This document shows positions 40,318 to 50,814 of a stretch of DNA of 64,000 bases, piece after piece (positions within the stretch are counted from its first letter, which is position 1; the number at the start of each line of letters is the position of its first letter). The position numbers and the translations under genes were made by a program. This DNA comes from Longimicrobiales bacterium (lineage in GTDB: Bacteria > Gemmatimonadota > Gemmatimonadetes > Longimicrobiales > Gaopeijiaceae), in contig CBDANQ010000017.1 in the NCBI GenBank assembly GCA_965197725.1, positions 1 through 64,000 on the forward strand, given 5' to 3'. The notes below the pieces were generated by a model. The model did not search any database. It saw only the letters and a list, made by a program, of their open reading frames with translations, and was not told where the DNA came from.

Positions 40318-41394
40318 TCACCGCGGAATAGCGGGCCGACACACCACTGCCATGGCGTCGCCATATGAATAGAAACGATATGGACCAGCAATGGCCTCCT
40401 CGTACGCGGCCATCGTGCGCTCGTATCCGCCGAGCGCGGCAACCAGCATCAGCAACGTCGACCGCGGCAGATGAAAGTTCGTAAGCAGGCAGTCGACGAC
40501 CTTGCACGCGTAGGGCGGGTGGATGAACAGGTCCGTAGACCCGCTACCAACTCTGACGACGCCGTCTGCCGAAGCGACCGACTCGAGGGTTCGCACTGCG
40601 GTCGTCCCGACTGCCCACACCCTCCCGCCGGCCACCCGCACCGCGTTGATGCTCGCGGCGGCAGCGTCCGAGACCACATACCGCTCGTGGTGCATATCGT
40701 GCAGCGCTGGATCGTCCGCCTCGACGGGCCGAAACGTGCCGGCGCTGACGTGCAGCGTAATCGCCGCTCGGGAAACTCCCTTGGCCTCGAGTGCGCTCAA
40801 TAGCTCGTCGGTGAAGTGGAGGCCCGCTGTAGGCGCGGCGACCGACCCCGCTTCGCGCGCGTACACGGTCTGGTAACGTTCGCGATCGAGCGGCTCATCC
40901 TCCCGGTCGATGTAGGGAGGCAGCGGCACATGTCCGTGTCGCTCCAACGCCGCCGCGACCGAGCTATCGGTGATGAGCCGCACGAGACGCCCACCGCCCG
41001 GAGCCGAATCCACGATCTCCACGGCCAATTCGTCCGCGATCACGACCGTACGCCCCGGCTTGAGCTTGCCTCCGGGACGCACCAGAGCCTCCCACAGGTA
41101 GGGGTCGTCCTCTTCCGGTGCAGGCCGCATGAGAAGGACCTCAGCCGGCGCGCCAGTGGGTTTCCGCCCCAAAAGCCGCGCCGGTAGCACCTTGCTCTCG
41201 TTCACGACCAGCACGTCGCCAGGCTCGAAGAGCTCCACCACGTCGTGGAAGCGGCGGTGCTCGGAAGGCGCGCCGCCCGGTGGAACGACGAGTAAACGGC
41301 TCTCGTCCCTTCGCGCGGCGGGATACCTCGCGATCCGGTCAGCGGGAAGCTCGTACTCGTAATCAGAGACGAGTGAGCCGTCACGGCGAAGCAA
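40318..41394 (-). CDS. queA: SAM:tRNA ribosyltransferase-isomerase
   Basis: PLPPYI, YQTVYA, GSVAAPTAGLHF, TNFHLP, FYSYGDAM. Confidence 0.97.
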   Translation of the reverse strand: MLRRDGSLVSDYEYELPADRIARYPAARRDESRLLVVPPGGAPSEHRRFHDVVELFEPGDVLVVNESKVLPARLLGRKPTGAPAEVLLMRPAPEEDDPYLWEALVRPGGKLKPGRTVVIADELAVEIVDSAPGGGRLVRLITDSSVAAALERHGHVPLPPYIDREDEPLDRERYQTVYAREAGSVAAPTAGLHFTDELLSALEAKGVSRAAITLHVSAGTFRPVEADDPALHDMHHERYVVSDAAAASINAVRVAGGRVWAVGTTAVRTLESVASADGVVRVGSGSTDLFIHPPYACKVVDCLLTNFHLPRSTLLMLVAALGGYERTMAAYEEAIAGPYRFYSYGDAMAVVCRPAIPR

Positions 41395-41395
41395 A

Positions 41396-42439
41396 CTATT
41401 CTTCGACGAAGAGCGTGCCCTGCGGACTCTCCTGCCCGTCGGGAATGGTGTAGCCGAAGCGACGGAACGCGCGCGGCGTCGCGACCCTACCCTGAGGCGT
41501 GCGCATCAGGAAGCCCTCCATGATCAGGAACGGCTCGTACACCTCCTCGAGCGTCGTCGCATCTTCCCCCATCGCGACCGCGAGCGAGGTCAAGCCGACC
41601 GGGCCCCCCTCGAATTTCTCGATGAGCGTCTTCAACACACGTGCATCCATCTCGTCGAGACCGTACTCGTCGACGTCGAGCATGCGCAGCGCGTCCTCCG
41701 CGACGCTCAGGTCGATGCGGCCATCCGCCCTGACCTGCGCGAAATCCCGGACACGGCGGAGCAGGCGGTTGGCCACGCGGGGGGTACCGCGTGCGCGTTT
41801 CGCGAGCTCGGCGGCCCCGTCGTCGGACACCTCGATGCCGAGGATTTTCGCGCTGCGCAGCACGATCGTGGTGAGCTCGTCGGGCGGGTAGTAATTGAGG
41901 CGCTGCACGATGCCGAAGCGGGCCCGCATCGGCGCGGTGAGCCGGCCGAACCGGGTCGTCGCGCCCACCAGAGTGAACTTCTCGATCTTCATCTTCATCG
42001 TCTGGGCCTTGGGACCGTCGGACAGCCGGATGTCGACGTGCCAATCCTCCATCGCCGGGTAGAGGAACTCCTCGATGATAGGACGAAGGCGGTGGATCTC
42101 GTCGATGAAGAGAATGTCCCCCGCACGCTGATTGGTGAGGATGCCTACCAGGTCGGACGGCTTCTCGAGCACCGGGCCGGACGTGGTCTTGATGTTCACC
42201 CCCATCTCGCGCGCGATCAGCGCCGCCAGCGTGGTCTTGCCGAGCCCGGGTGGGCCGTGAAAGAGAAGATGATCGAGCTCTTCTCGACGCTGCTTCGCGG
42301 CTTCGATCGTGATCGAAAGCGCCTCGCGCACCTTGGCCTGCCCGATGAACTCTGCGAGGCGGTGCGGGCGAATCGTCGGCTCTGTGTGCGCGTCGTCCGC
42401 AAGCGTCTCAGGCGTGGTGATGTGGGTGTGCTCGGTCAT
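41396..42439 (-). CDS. ruvB: Holliday junction helicase
   Basis: [34 protein letters not shown]. Confidence 0.98.
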   Translation of the reverse strand: MTEHTHITTPETLADDAHTEPTIRPHRLAEFIGQAKVREALSITIEAAKQRREELDHLLFHGPPGLGKTTLAALIAREMGVNIKTTSGPVLEKPSDLVGILTNQRAGDILFIDEIHRLRPIIEEFLYPAMEDWHVDIRLSDGPKAQTMKMKIEKFTLVGATTRFGRLTAPMRARFGIVQRLNYYPPDELTTIVLRSAKILGIEVSDDGAAELAKRARGTPRVANRLLRRVRDFAQVRADGRIDLSVAEDALRMLDVDEYGLDEMDARVLKTLIEKFEGGPVGLTSLAVAMGEDATTLEEVYEPFLIMEGFLMRTPQGRVATPRAFRRFGYTIPDGQESPQGTLFVEE

Positions 42440-42460
42440 GGCAGGGAATGTAAGTCCGCG

Positions 42461-43045
42461 TCAGCCGCTCGCGAGTGCCTGTCGGATCAAGTCCTCGGTC
42501 GAGTCGGGGGCGCCTCTTTCGAGCACGCTGCGCACCGCTTGATCCGCATCGGTAAAGGAGTAGCCGAGCGCCACGAGCGCATGCACCGCCTCCTGCGCTC
42601 CACCGTTCTGCCCGGCCGTACTCGGGGTCGGGATCGCGAGATCGGTGACCCTGTCAGCGAGCTCCAGCGCGATCTTCTCGGCCTTCTTCTTGCCGATGCC
42701 GCTGATCTGCTGAAGCGCAGCCGTATCCTTCTCGACGAGTGCGCGGGCCAGCCGCTGGGCCGAGTACGTCGACATCATCGCGAGTGCGAGCTTGGCTCCA
42801 ACTCCGGACGCGGTGAGCAAGCGCCGGAACAGCGTGCGCTCGTGCGCCTCAATGAAGCCGTAGAGCGCGACCGAGGTGTCGGTCACGACCTGAAGTGTTC
42901 TCAACTCCAGCGCGGTACCCGGCCCGGGGAGCCGCTGGAGCACGGTGAGCGGCACCTCGACCTCGTAGACCACGCCACCCCGGGTCTCGAGCTCGATCCG
43001 GTCGGTGTCACGGGTGAGCAGAATCCCGTGCAGGCGCGAGATCAT
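42461..43045 (-). CDS. ruvA: Holliday junction binding protein
   Basis: MISRLHG, LYGF, SGVGAK, GIGKKKAEKI, ALVALGY. Confidence 0.96.
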   Translation of the reverse strand: MISRLHGILLTRDTDRIELETRGGVVYEVEVPLTVLQRLPGPGTALELRTLQVVTDTSVALYGFIEAHERTLFRRLLTASGVGAKLALAMMSTYSAQRLARALVEKDTAALQQISGIGKKKAEKIALELADRVTDLAIPTPSTAGQNGGAQEAVHALVALGYSFTDADQAVRSVLERGAPDSTEDLIRQALASG

Positions 43046-43551
43046 GCGGGGAAGCTCCCCATCAGAGCGTGGCACAGCGCGGCCGCGATCCCATCCGCCG
43101 CGTCAGCCGGAGTCGGCGCGTCTTTCAATCGGAGCCGCTGCTTCACCATGAATCCGACCTGGTCTTTGGTAGCGTTGCCGGAACCGACCACTACCTTCTT
43201 GATCTGCCGAGGAGCGTACTCGGCAATCGGGATTTGACGCAGGGCCACGGCGAGCAGGATCGCCCCGCGGGCGTGCCCGAGCTTGAGCGCGCTCTGCGCA
43301 TTCTTGCCGTGGAAGACGTCCTCGACCGACACCGCGAAGGGTTCGTGTCGCTCGATGAGGCCGGCGACACCCTCGAAGATCTCACGAATTCGGTTCGCCA
43401 GGGTCTCTCTGGTGGAGGTCCGGATGACCCCGCACTCCACCAGCGAGACGGCGCCGCCACTTCGGCGAGCGACGACGCCGTACCCTGTGGCCGCCGTACC
43501 CGGGTCGATGCCGAGGATGATGACTTCTTCCGAGCTTCGTCCGTCGGTCAC
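43042..43551 (-). CDS. ruvC: Crossover junction endodeoxyribonuclease
   Basis: ILGIDPG, LGHARG, GSGNATK, DAADG. Confidence 0.96.
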   Translation of the reverse strand: MTDGRSSEEVIILGIDPGTAATGYGVVARRSGGAVSLVECGVIRTSTRETLANRIREIFEGVAGLIERHEPFAVSVEDVFHGKNAQSALKLGHARGAILLAVALRQIPIAEYAPRQIKKVVVGSGNATKDQVGFMVKQRLRLKDAPTPADAADGIAAALCHALMGSFPA

Positions 43552-43573
43552 GTGCGCGGGAGCTCAGCGCGCG

Positions 43574-44320
43574 TCACATCGCCTCGGCGAGAACCGCCTC
43601 GTCGATATCAGCGTTGGAATGAACCTTTTGCACGTCGTCGAGATCGTCGAGCCAGTGGAGCAGCTTCAGCAGCTTCACGGCGTCCTTGCCGGTCACTGCC
43701 GTCTCGTTCTTCGCAATCCGCGTGAGCTCGGCCGAGGTGGTGTCGATCCCGGCCTCCTTGAGGCCGGCCTGAACGCTCATGAAGTCGGCGGGCTCAGCCG
43801 TGACGACGAACTCGTCGCCATCGTCCGTGACATCCTCCGCGCCCGCGTCGATCGCCGCCTCGAAAACCGAGTCCTCGCTGAAGCGAGAGGCGTCGATGGT
43901 AAACACGCCCTTCCGGTCGAACTGCCAGGCGACCGAACCGTCGGTGCCGAGGCTACCGTCGAACTTCGTTAGCGCGTGGCGCACGTCCGCGACCGTGCGG
44001 TTGGTGTTGTCCGTGAGACACTCGATGAAGAGCGCCACACCGCTCGGGCCGTAACCCTCGTAGGTGGTCTCCTCGTAGTTCACGCCCTCGAGCTCGCCCG
44101 TGCCTTTCTTGATCGCCCGCTCGATGTTCTCGGCAGGCATCGAGTTGGCTTTCGCGGTGTCGACCGCGAGACGGAGGCGCGGGTTGTACTCGGGGTCGCC
44201 GCCGCCGTCGCGCGCCGAGACAGTGATCTCTCGGATGAGCTTGGTGAAGAGGGCCCCGCGCTTTGCGTCGTTGACGCCCTTCTTGCGCTTGATCTTGGAC
44301 CACTTGTTATGGCCGGACAC
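43574..44320 (-). CDS. yebC: YebC/PmpR family protein
   Basis: MSGHNKWSKIKRKK, YEGYGP, TDNTNRT, DDVQKV. Confidence 0.96.
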   Translation of the reverse strand: MSGHNKWSKIKRKKGVNDAKRGALFTKLIREITVSARDGGGDPEYNPRLRLAVDTAKANSMPAENIERAIKKGTGELEGVNYEETTYEGYGPSGVALFIECLTDNTNRTVADVRHALTKFDGSLGTDGSVAWQFDRKGVFTIDASRFSEDSVFEAAIDAGAEDVTDDGDEFVVTAEPADFMSVQAGLKEAGIDTTSAELTRIAKNETAVTGKDAVKLLKLLHWLDDLDDVQKVHSNADIDEAVLAEAM

Positions 44321-44459
44321 GAGTCCTCCGGATGTCCTGCTATCGATGCATCGGCTCGGGAGTCAAAAGTACGCCGTGGTGCGGTGGCGGATCAATCGTG
44401 CGGCGTACTGGTCGTTGCACCGGGATACGGCGAAGGGGTGCTTCTGCTGAAAGTGAAAC

Positions 44460-46066
44460 CTAACGCCGAGATGTCACCGACAAGCGAGGAGGAACCCGTG
44501 CTTTCGTCGCTTGCTCCAGCACATACGCGTAGCCGAGCAGCTCGGCCTCGGTCCACAGATCCCCGATGAACGCGAGCACGAACGGCGTGCCGTCCTCGTG
44601 GTAGCTGTACGGCACAGTCACGAGGGGTACGCCGAAGTCGTTGATGATGTTGCTCGGCAGCTCCGGCCAGTTGTTCGGCTTGTAATCCGGACGCTCCGGA
44701 TCTTCGATCAGATCGCGGTTCGGCGCGCCTGCCTGGGGGAAGAAGAGCCCGTCCAGGTCGTGCTCTTCGAGCACGCCGCGATACAGCTCACGCATCCGCA
44801 TGCGCCATGCCTGGAAGGCATCCCCGGCTTCGGTCGCACTCGGCCTCGCAGGCGGCGCCGGGCCGCGCCCGCCTCGCCCACCTCGCCCACGTCCCTGCCG
44901 GAACTCCTGGCCGCTCAGAGCCTCCCATTCCTCGACGCTACTGAACGAAGCGTTCCGCCCGAGCCCCCGCATGTACATGAGCATGTCGTACGCGCCCTGC
45001 GAGGGGACCCGGGGGCGCTCGCGATACAACTCTATGAAGCCGCTCCCCTCGAACGGATCCTCCATGACCTCGGCACCAAGACCTTCTAGCGTTGCAACCG
45101 CTTCGCGGTACTCAGCCTCAGTGAGCGGATCGAGCGGGAGCCACTGGTTGCGCCAGCCAGGACCCACGAGCCCGAAGCGCTTCCCCTCGAGCGTCGCACG
45201 GTCGAGCGAGGCGAGGTAGCCACCCTCGGGCATGTGCCCCACCGCCGCGTACGTCGCTGGGTCCTCGGACGTGGGACCCGCGATCACATCGAGCGTCCTG
45301 GCGGCATCCCGCACCGTGCGAGCCAACGGGCCTACCACGTCGACGTACGTTCCGCTCACAGGCACGATGCCCTCAATGGGAGCGAGACCGTATGTGGGCT
45401 TCACTGCGACGAGCGCCTGAGCGGACGCTGGGTTTTGCAGCGAACCACCCGTCTCGGTCCCGAGCCCGAGCACCGCGAAGCTCGAGTTGATCGCGGTCGC
45501 GGTCCCCCCGCTCGACCCACCCGGGACCTTGTCCACGTTGTACGGGTTCAGCGTCACCCCGGCGACAGTGCTTTCGGTACGCGTCCCGTGGCCGGCGAAG
45601 TCGGGCAGGTTCGTTTTTCCGAGGATGATCGCACCGGCCGCCTGGAGGCGGTCGACCACGGCCGCGTTGTCGTCGGGGATCATGTCGACGCCACCGGTCG
45701 CACTGCTGAAACCTTCGAAGCCCGCCGTGGTGACTCGTCCGGCCTGGTCGATGTTGTCCTTGATGACTACCGGCACGCCGTGCAGCGGGCCGACCGGCCC
45801 CGAAGAGGCGTATCGTTCGTCGAGCTCAGCGGCGGCGAGCAACGCGTCTGGGGGTTCATCGAGATGAACGCGTTGTAGGAGTCCTCGTACTGTTCGATGC
45901 GATCGAGGAACGCATGCGTGAGCTCCACAGCCGTGTATTCCCCGTCGGCGTATGCGGCGTGGATCTGGTCGACGGTGAGTTCCACGACATCGGTCGACTG
46001 AGCGGCGGCAAGCGCAGGGTACGCACACATCGCCCCCGCCAAGACCCACCAACGCATCGCCCGCAA
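44460..46066 (-). pseudogene. Secreted amidase-signature enzyme with a frameshift at 45850-45854 (pseudogene or sequencing indel)
   Basis: The signal peptide and N-terminus (..YNAFISMNP) are in one frame. DALLAA..LHGVPVVIKDN, GGSSGG and GTETGGS are in another, with the shift in a G5 run. Confidence 0.82.
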
Positions 46067-46068
46067 AC

Positions 46069-47703
46069 TCAGCTCCCGTCCTGCCCCGAGCCATCTTCGG
46101 AGATCGGCCGGGTGCGGATCGTCGGATACTCGATCCCGAGCTGCTCGAGATACGTGTCGAAGCGCGTGGCGTCGACGTAGAAGGGGCGCATTTGGGGGCG
46201 CCAGCGCGCCATGACGTCCTCGTTCAGCCAGATAGCAGGGTGGTCAGTCGGCGCGATGAACGGTATGTATTCCGTCTCAACGGTCTGAACGTCGTTGAAG
46301 TAGTCCCAAGCGGCTTCGACGGTCTCCCCATCGAGGAAGAGGTTGAGCAGTGTCAGAGCCTGGACCTTCGCGCCCGCGACCCCACCCTTGTGTGCGATCG
46401 GGGTCGCCATCGCGATTCCGTTCGCCCAGTTGTGCCCGGGACCACCACTCATGTTCGCCGGATAGCGGAGCGTCACGGTCGGCATGTTCCAGGAAACGTC
46501 GCCGATGTCGTCCGAGCCGCCGCCGAGGGACTGTGACAGGTCGACCGGACCGATAGGAGAGCTGATCGAGTCCGAGAGGCCCGTGACCTCGACCCCCATC
46601 TCGGCCTGGAACGCCTCGGCGAAGCGCCGGTCGTCGTCGCTCCACTCCGGCATGCCAACGCGCTCGATGTTGGCGTGGGTGACCTCCGCGACCGGCCTGC
46701 TGAAGTGCCTACCCCAGGCCGATCCGACGGTCATGATCGTGTCGACCTGGGTGCCCGTCATGAGGGCCGCGCCCTGGGCCATCAGGACCGCGGCATCGTA
46801 TTGCTCCTTGGTGAACTCGTAGTCACGCTCCCGGAAGTAGAACCAGATCGTCGCGGTCTGAGGAACCACGTTGGGCTGGTCGCCACCCTCGACGATGATG
46901 TAGTGCGACCGCGCCGCCGGCCGCAGGTGCTCGCGCTTGAACTCCCACGCCTGCGCCATGAGCATGATGCCGTCGAGCGCGGAGCGACCCCGCCAGGGTG
47001 ACCCCGCCGAGTGAGCGGTTTCGCCGGTGAAGCGGAACTGAACGGACCAAAGCGCGTTCCCTCCAGCCTGCCCCCAGCTCATGCTAAAGCCGTCCGAGAC
47101 GTGCGCAAAGAGATTGACGTCGACGCCGTCGAAGGTCCCCTCACGTACGAAGAACGCCTTCGACCCGAGCTGCTCTTCCGCGATGCCGGGCCACAGGAGC
47201 AGCGTGCCGTCGATGTTCTCGCGCTCCATCAATTCCTTCACGACCAGAGCGCCCACGATGTTGACCGCCTGACCCGAGTTGTGCCCCTCGCCGTGCCCCG
47301 GTGCCATCGGAACGATCGCTTCGCGATACGCGACGCCCGGCTTCTGGTTCGACTGCGGGATCCCGTCGACGTCCGAGCCCATCGCGATCACCGGCGATCC
47401 CGTGCCGTTCGACCAGCGGGCTGTCCACGCACTCGGCATACCGGCGACACCCAACTCGATCTGGAAGCCCTCTGTCTCGAGTAGCTCGGTCAGGTAGCGC
47501 TGGCTCTCGAACTCCTGCATCCCGAGCTCACCGAACGAAAAGAGATGATCGATGATCTGCTGCACTTGCTGGGCCCGGGCCTGGACCATCCGCTCCGCCT
47601 CGTCCTTGAGCCCGGCCAGGCGAGAGTCGGCCTGCGCGGCGGCGTCCGGGGCGGTGGCGGTCGCCGTGGCCCCGAAGAGCACGAGAAGAATCAATCGGCG
47701 CAT
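46069..47703 (-). CDS. Secreted M20 amidohydrolase (AbgB-like)
   Basis: Signal peptide, GELGMQEF, GHGEGHN, AEE, GRSALD, PNVVP, GSDDIGDVSW. Confidence 0.88.
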   Translation of the reverse strand: MRRLILLVLFGATATATAPDAAAQADSRLAGLKDEAERMVQARAQQVQQIIDHLFSFGELGMQEFESQRYLTELLETEGFQIELGVAGMPSAWTARWSNGTGSPVIAMGSDVDGIPQSNQKPGVAYREAIVPMAPGHGEGHNSGQAVNIVGALVVKELMERENIDGTLLLWPGIAEEQLGSKAFFVREGTFDGVDVNLFAHVSDGFSMSWGQAGGNALWSVQFRFTGETAHSAGSPWRGRSALDGIMLMAQAWEFKREHLRPAARSHYIIVEGGDQPNVVPQTATIWFYFRERDYEFTKEQYDAAVLMAQGAALMTGTQVDTIMTVGSAWGRHFSRPVAEVTHANIERVGMPEWSDDDRRFAEAFQAEMGVEVTGLSDSISSPIGPVDLSQSLGGGSDDIGDVSWNMPTVTLRYPANMSGGPGHNWANGIAMATPIAHKGGVAGAKVQALTLLNLFLDGETVEAAWDYFNDVQTVETEYIPFIAPTDHPAIWLNEDVMARWRPQMRPFYVDATRFDTYLEQLGIEYPTIRTRPISEDGSGQDGS

Positions 47704-47886
47704 GGGAAGCTACGTACGTGAGTTGAGGACCCCCGAAGGGCACCGGTCCAGCATCGGGGTCAGGGGGCTGCAGGATGCCCCATCACCGGCCGAGGTGCAA
47801 TCCCCGTCGCCCGATGATGGCCGCGCCAACCCCAGCTCTTCCCTTGAATGGCTCTAAGGAATCGCCTAGTATCAGCCAACCGTAGT

Positions 47887-47901
47887 TGAGAACGACTCTC
47901 A
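47887..47901. promoter_or_regulatory. Fur-box-like 7-1-7 dyad
   Basis: TGAGAAC-G-ACTCTCA versus consensus TGATAAT-N-ATTATCA, 29 nt upstream of apbE. Confidence 0.6.
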
Positions 47902-47930
47902 CTCGCAATCTCTTTGCGTGAGGATTCACA

Positions 47931-48986
47931 GTGGCTCCTCCCATTTTCTCGGCCCTGGCGCTCGTCGCCACCCTTCAGGCCGCCCCGACCGACTCGTCAC
48001 AGCTGGTCGTGCGGGAGGCATGGGTGATGGGCACGAGGCTCGGAGTGGTCGTGGAAGCAGCCTCAGTGGCCGAGGCGAGGAAGGCCACTGAGAACGTCAT
48101 CCGTGAGGTCGAACGGCTCGAGCGCATCTTGAGCACCTGGGATCCGCAGAGCGAAATGCACGCGGTCAACACCAGGGAGGTCGGCAGACCGATCGCCCCA
48201 GGTGCGGAACTCGCGTTCTTGCTCGCCGAGGCAGAGCGATACTCCCGTATCTCGGCGGCCGCCTTCGACGCTCGAATCGGAGCGCTCGTGGACGCGTGGG
48301 ACCTCCGCGGCGCTGGAGTCGTGCCGAGGGCGGGAGCGCTGCTGGCAGCCCGCAAAGCGACTGGGTCGAGTTCGATCTCGGTCGACGAGCGCACCGGTAT
48401 CGTCACGCGACACGTGGCCACCGCCTGGATCGACACTGGAGGCTTCGGAAAGGGAGCCGCACTTCGCGCTGCGGCCCATCGACTCGACTCGGTAGGTGTA
48501 GACCGGGCTCTCATCGACCTCGGCGGACAATTGTGGGCGCACGGGAGCGCGGATAAGCCATGGTCCGTGTACGTCGCTCACCCTACACAACGCGAACGTC
48601 CGGTCGCGCGACTCGACATCCACGGCGTTTCGGTCGCCACGAGCGGTACATCCGAACGCTTCATCGAGATCGACGGCGTGCGCTGGGGACACATCCTCGA
48701 CCCTCGGACCGGGCACCCTTCACCGGCATGGGGAAGCGTGACCGTCGTCAGCGCCGACCCGCTCGAAGCCGATGCCCTGGCCACCGCCCTCTATGTCATG
48801 GGCCCGCAGGCAGGTATGGCATGGGCCTCGGGTCACCCTGAGTTGGATGCGCTCTTCCTGGAGGCGGAGGGCAGTGCGTTGACCGCTACTTGGACTCGAG
48901 GCATGGAGCAGTGGTTGATCGACCCTCCCGTCTCCTCGACGCCTCACCCACAGACGCAAACAGAGCAAGACGCGAACCACCGATGA
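47931..48986 (+). CDS. apbE: FAD:protein FMN transferase
   Basis: MGT, DTGGFGKG, DLGG, ATSG..ERF, HILDPRTG, ADALATAL and a signal peptide. Confidence 0.93.
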   Translation: MAPPIFSALALVATLQAAPTDSSQLVVREAWVMGTRLGVVVEAASVAEARKATENVIREVERLERILSTWDPQSEMHAVNTREVGRPIAPGAELAFLLAEAERYSRISAAAFDARIGALVDAWDLRGAGVVPRAGALLAARKATGSSSISVDERTGIVTRHVATAWIDTGGFGKGAALRAAAHRLDSVGVDRALIDLGGQLWAHGSADKPWSVYVAHPTQRERPVARLDIHGVSVATSGTSERFIEIDGVRWGHILDPRTGHPSPAWGSVTVVSADPLEADALATALYVMGPQAGMAWASGHPELDALFLEAEGSALTATWTRGMEQWLIDPPVSSTPHPQTQTEQDANHR

Positions 48987-50266
48987 AGTGCATGGAAGCG
49001 TTGCCTTGCCGAGTGGCGAGCGCGTTCGCCGCCCTACTCATTTCGGTCGCGCCCGCACCGCGACTCGACGCACAAGACGCCGACTCTGTGCGCCTCGCGG
49101 CGCTGGAGCGCAGGATCGAGGCGGTCACGCGCGAGCTGGAGCGCATGCAGCTCGGCCGCGACGTCGTCGAGGCGGATTCTTCGATCCAGGGCCTCGGGCC
49201 CGCAGCTTCGAAGGTCTACCGGGTGAACCAGGGAGTCTCCCTCGGCGGCTACGGTGAGTTCCTATACGAGAACTTCGCAGCGGAACGGGAAGACGGCTCC
49301 CGTTCTGGCGCCCTCGACAGGCTCGACGCGCTGCGAGCGATCCTGTACGTCGGCTACAAGTTCAATGATCGTCTGCTCTTCAACTCGGAACTCGAGATCG
49401 AGCACGCTAAAGAAAGCTTCCTCGAGTTCGCGTACCTCGACTACCTGTTGACCGACCACGTCGGCGTTCGCGCTGGAATGCTGCTCGCGCCGTTGGGTCT
49501 GGTGAACGAGCTGCACGAGCCGCCCGTCTTCCTCGGCACCGAGCGCCCGGTTACCGAGAACCGGATCATCCCCACAACGTGGAGGGAGAACGGCATCGGC
49601 CTCTTCGGTAGCAGAGACGCTTTCTCCTGGCGCCTCTACCTGATGAACTCCTTCAACGGCGCCAAGTTCAGCGCTGCGGGCCTTCGGGGCGGTCGACAAA
49701 AGGGCGGAAAGGCGCTCGCCGAGGACATGGGCGTCGCGGGCCGCCTCGACTATACGGGTACGCCCGGGTTGCTTCTCGGCCTCTCGGCGTACAGTGGAGA
49801 GACGGCTCAAAGTCAGGAACTCAACGGCCAGGCCGTGGGCGGCCGTGTCCGCATCTTGGACGCGCACTTGGACTACAAGAGACGCGGTTGGGACGTTCGG
49901 GCGCTTGTCGCCGGCGCACAAGTGAGCGACGTAGCGGCGATGAATGCGCTCAACGGCCTGGAGGGAGCGGAAGGCATCGGAACGGACATGCTGGGCTGGT
50001 ACGTACAGGCGGGCTACGACGTGTTGCGCACCTCCCCCTCCGCCCATCAACTGATCCCTTACGTGCGCTACGAGAGGGTGAACACCCAGCGCGGGGTCGC
50101 GCAGGGCTTCTCGGCGAATCCGGCGAACGACCTCACAGTGACGTCCATCGGCGTGGCGTGGAGGCCGATTCCGCAGGCGATCGCCAAGCTCGGGTATCAA
50201 ATCCATTCGACAGCCGCGGACACCGGTGTGAACCAGGTGAATTTCTCGTTGGGATGGCTCTTTTGA
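48983..50266 (+). CDS. Outer-membrane porin with a short N-terminal coiled coil (OprO/OprP-like fold)
   Basis: Signal peptide, LAALERRIEAV, GGYGE, NSELEIEH, NELHEP, IIPTTW and terminal LGWLF. Confidence 0.82.
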   Translation: MKCMEALPCRVASAFAALLISVAPAPRLDAQDADSVRLAALERRIEAVTRELERMQLGRDVVEADSSIQGLGPAASKVYRVNQGVSLGGYGEFLYENFAAEREDGSRSGALDRLDALRAILYVGYKFNDRLLFNSELEIEHAKESFLEFAYLDYLLTDHVGVRAGMLLAPLGLVNELHEPPVFLGTERPVTENRIIPTTWRENGIGLFGSRDAFSWRLYLMNSFNGAKFSAAGLRGGRQKGGKALAEDMGVAGRLDYTGTPGLLLGLSAYSGETAQSQELNGQAVGGRVRILDAHLDYKRRGWDVRALVAGAQVSDVAAMNALNGLEGAEGIGTDMLGWYVQAGYDVLRTSPSAHQLIPYVRYERVNTQRGVAQGFSANPANDLTVTSIGVAWRPIPQAIAKLGYQIHSTAADTGVNQVNFSLGWLF

Positions 50267-50814
50267 CGTGCCTAAGGGTGGCGGCCGCGACCATCGCGGC
50301 GCTGGCTTGTGCTCCCTCGGTCTCGGCGCAGACGCTGACCCAAAACGAGGCGTTGACTCTGGCATTCGGGGACGCGCAGGTCGAGCGACGCACCGCGTTC
50401 TTGGATGACGACGAGATCTCGCGCGCGTCGGCGCTCGCGGGTCCCGACGTGAACGTCGAAGCGACCGTGGTGAGCTACTACGTCGCGCAGCGCGCGGCAG
50501 AGCCGGCCGGCGTAGCCTACTTCGACGCCGACCGAGTGCGCACGCTCCGGCAGGTGCTGATGATCGTGGTCGGTACCGATGGCCGGGTTGCTCGTGTCGA
50601 GACCGTCAGCTTCAGAGAACCGCCGGAGTACCGAGCCCCGGACGGATGGCTCATGCAGTTCCGCGGTCGTGTGCTCGATGACCAGCTCTCTCTCAAAGCA
50701 GGCATCGCCAACATCACCGGCGCCACGTTGACCGCCGGAGCGGTGACGCGAGCAACGCGCCGCGTAATGGCGCTCCACGCGATCATCGACCCCTTCGGTG
50801 CAAACGCGCGATGA
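50254..50814 (+). CDS. Exported FMN-binding domain protein (flavinylation target)
   Basis: Signal peptide, FREPPEY and NITGATLT, which matches [ST]GA[ST]. Confidence 0.85.
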   Translation: MALLTCLRVAAATIAALACAPSVSAQTLTQNEALTLAFGDAQVERRTAFLDDDEISRASALAGPDVNVEATVVSYYVAQRAAEPAGVAYFDADRVRTLRQVLMIVVGTDGRVARVETVSFREPPEYRAPDGWLMQFRGRVLDDQLSLKAGIANITGATLTAGAVTRATRRVMALHAIIDPFGANAR

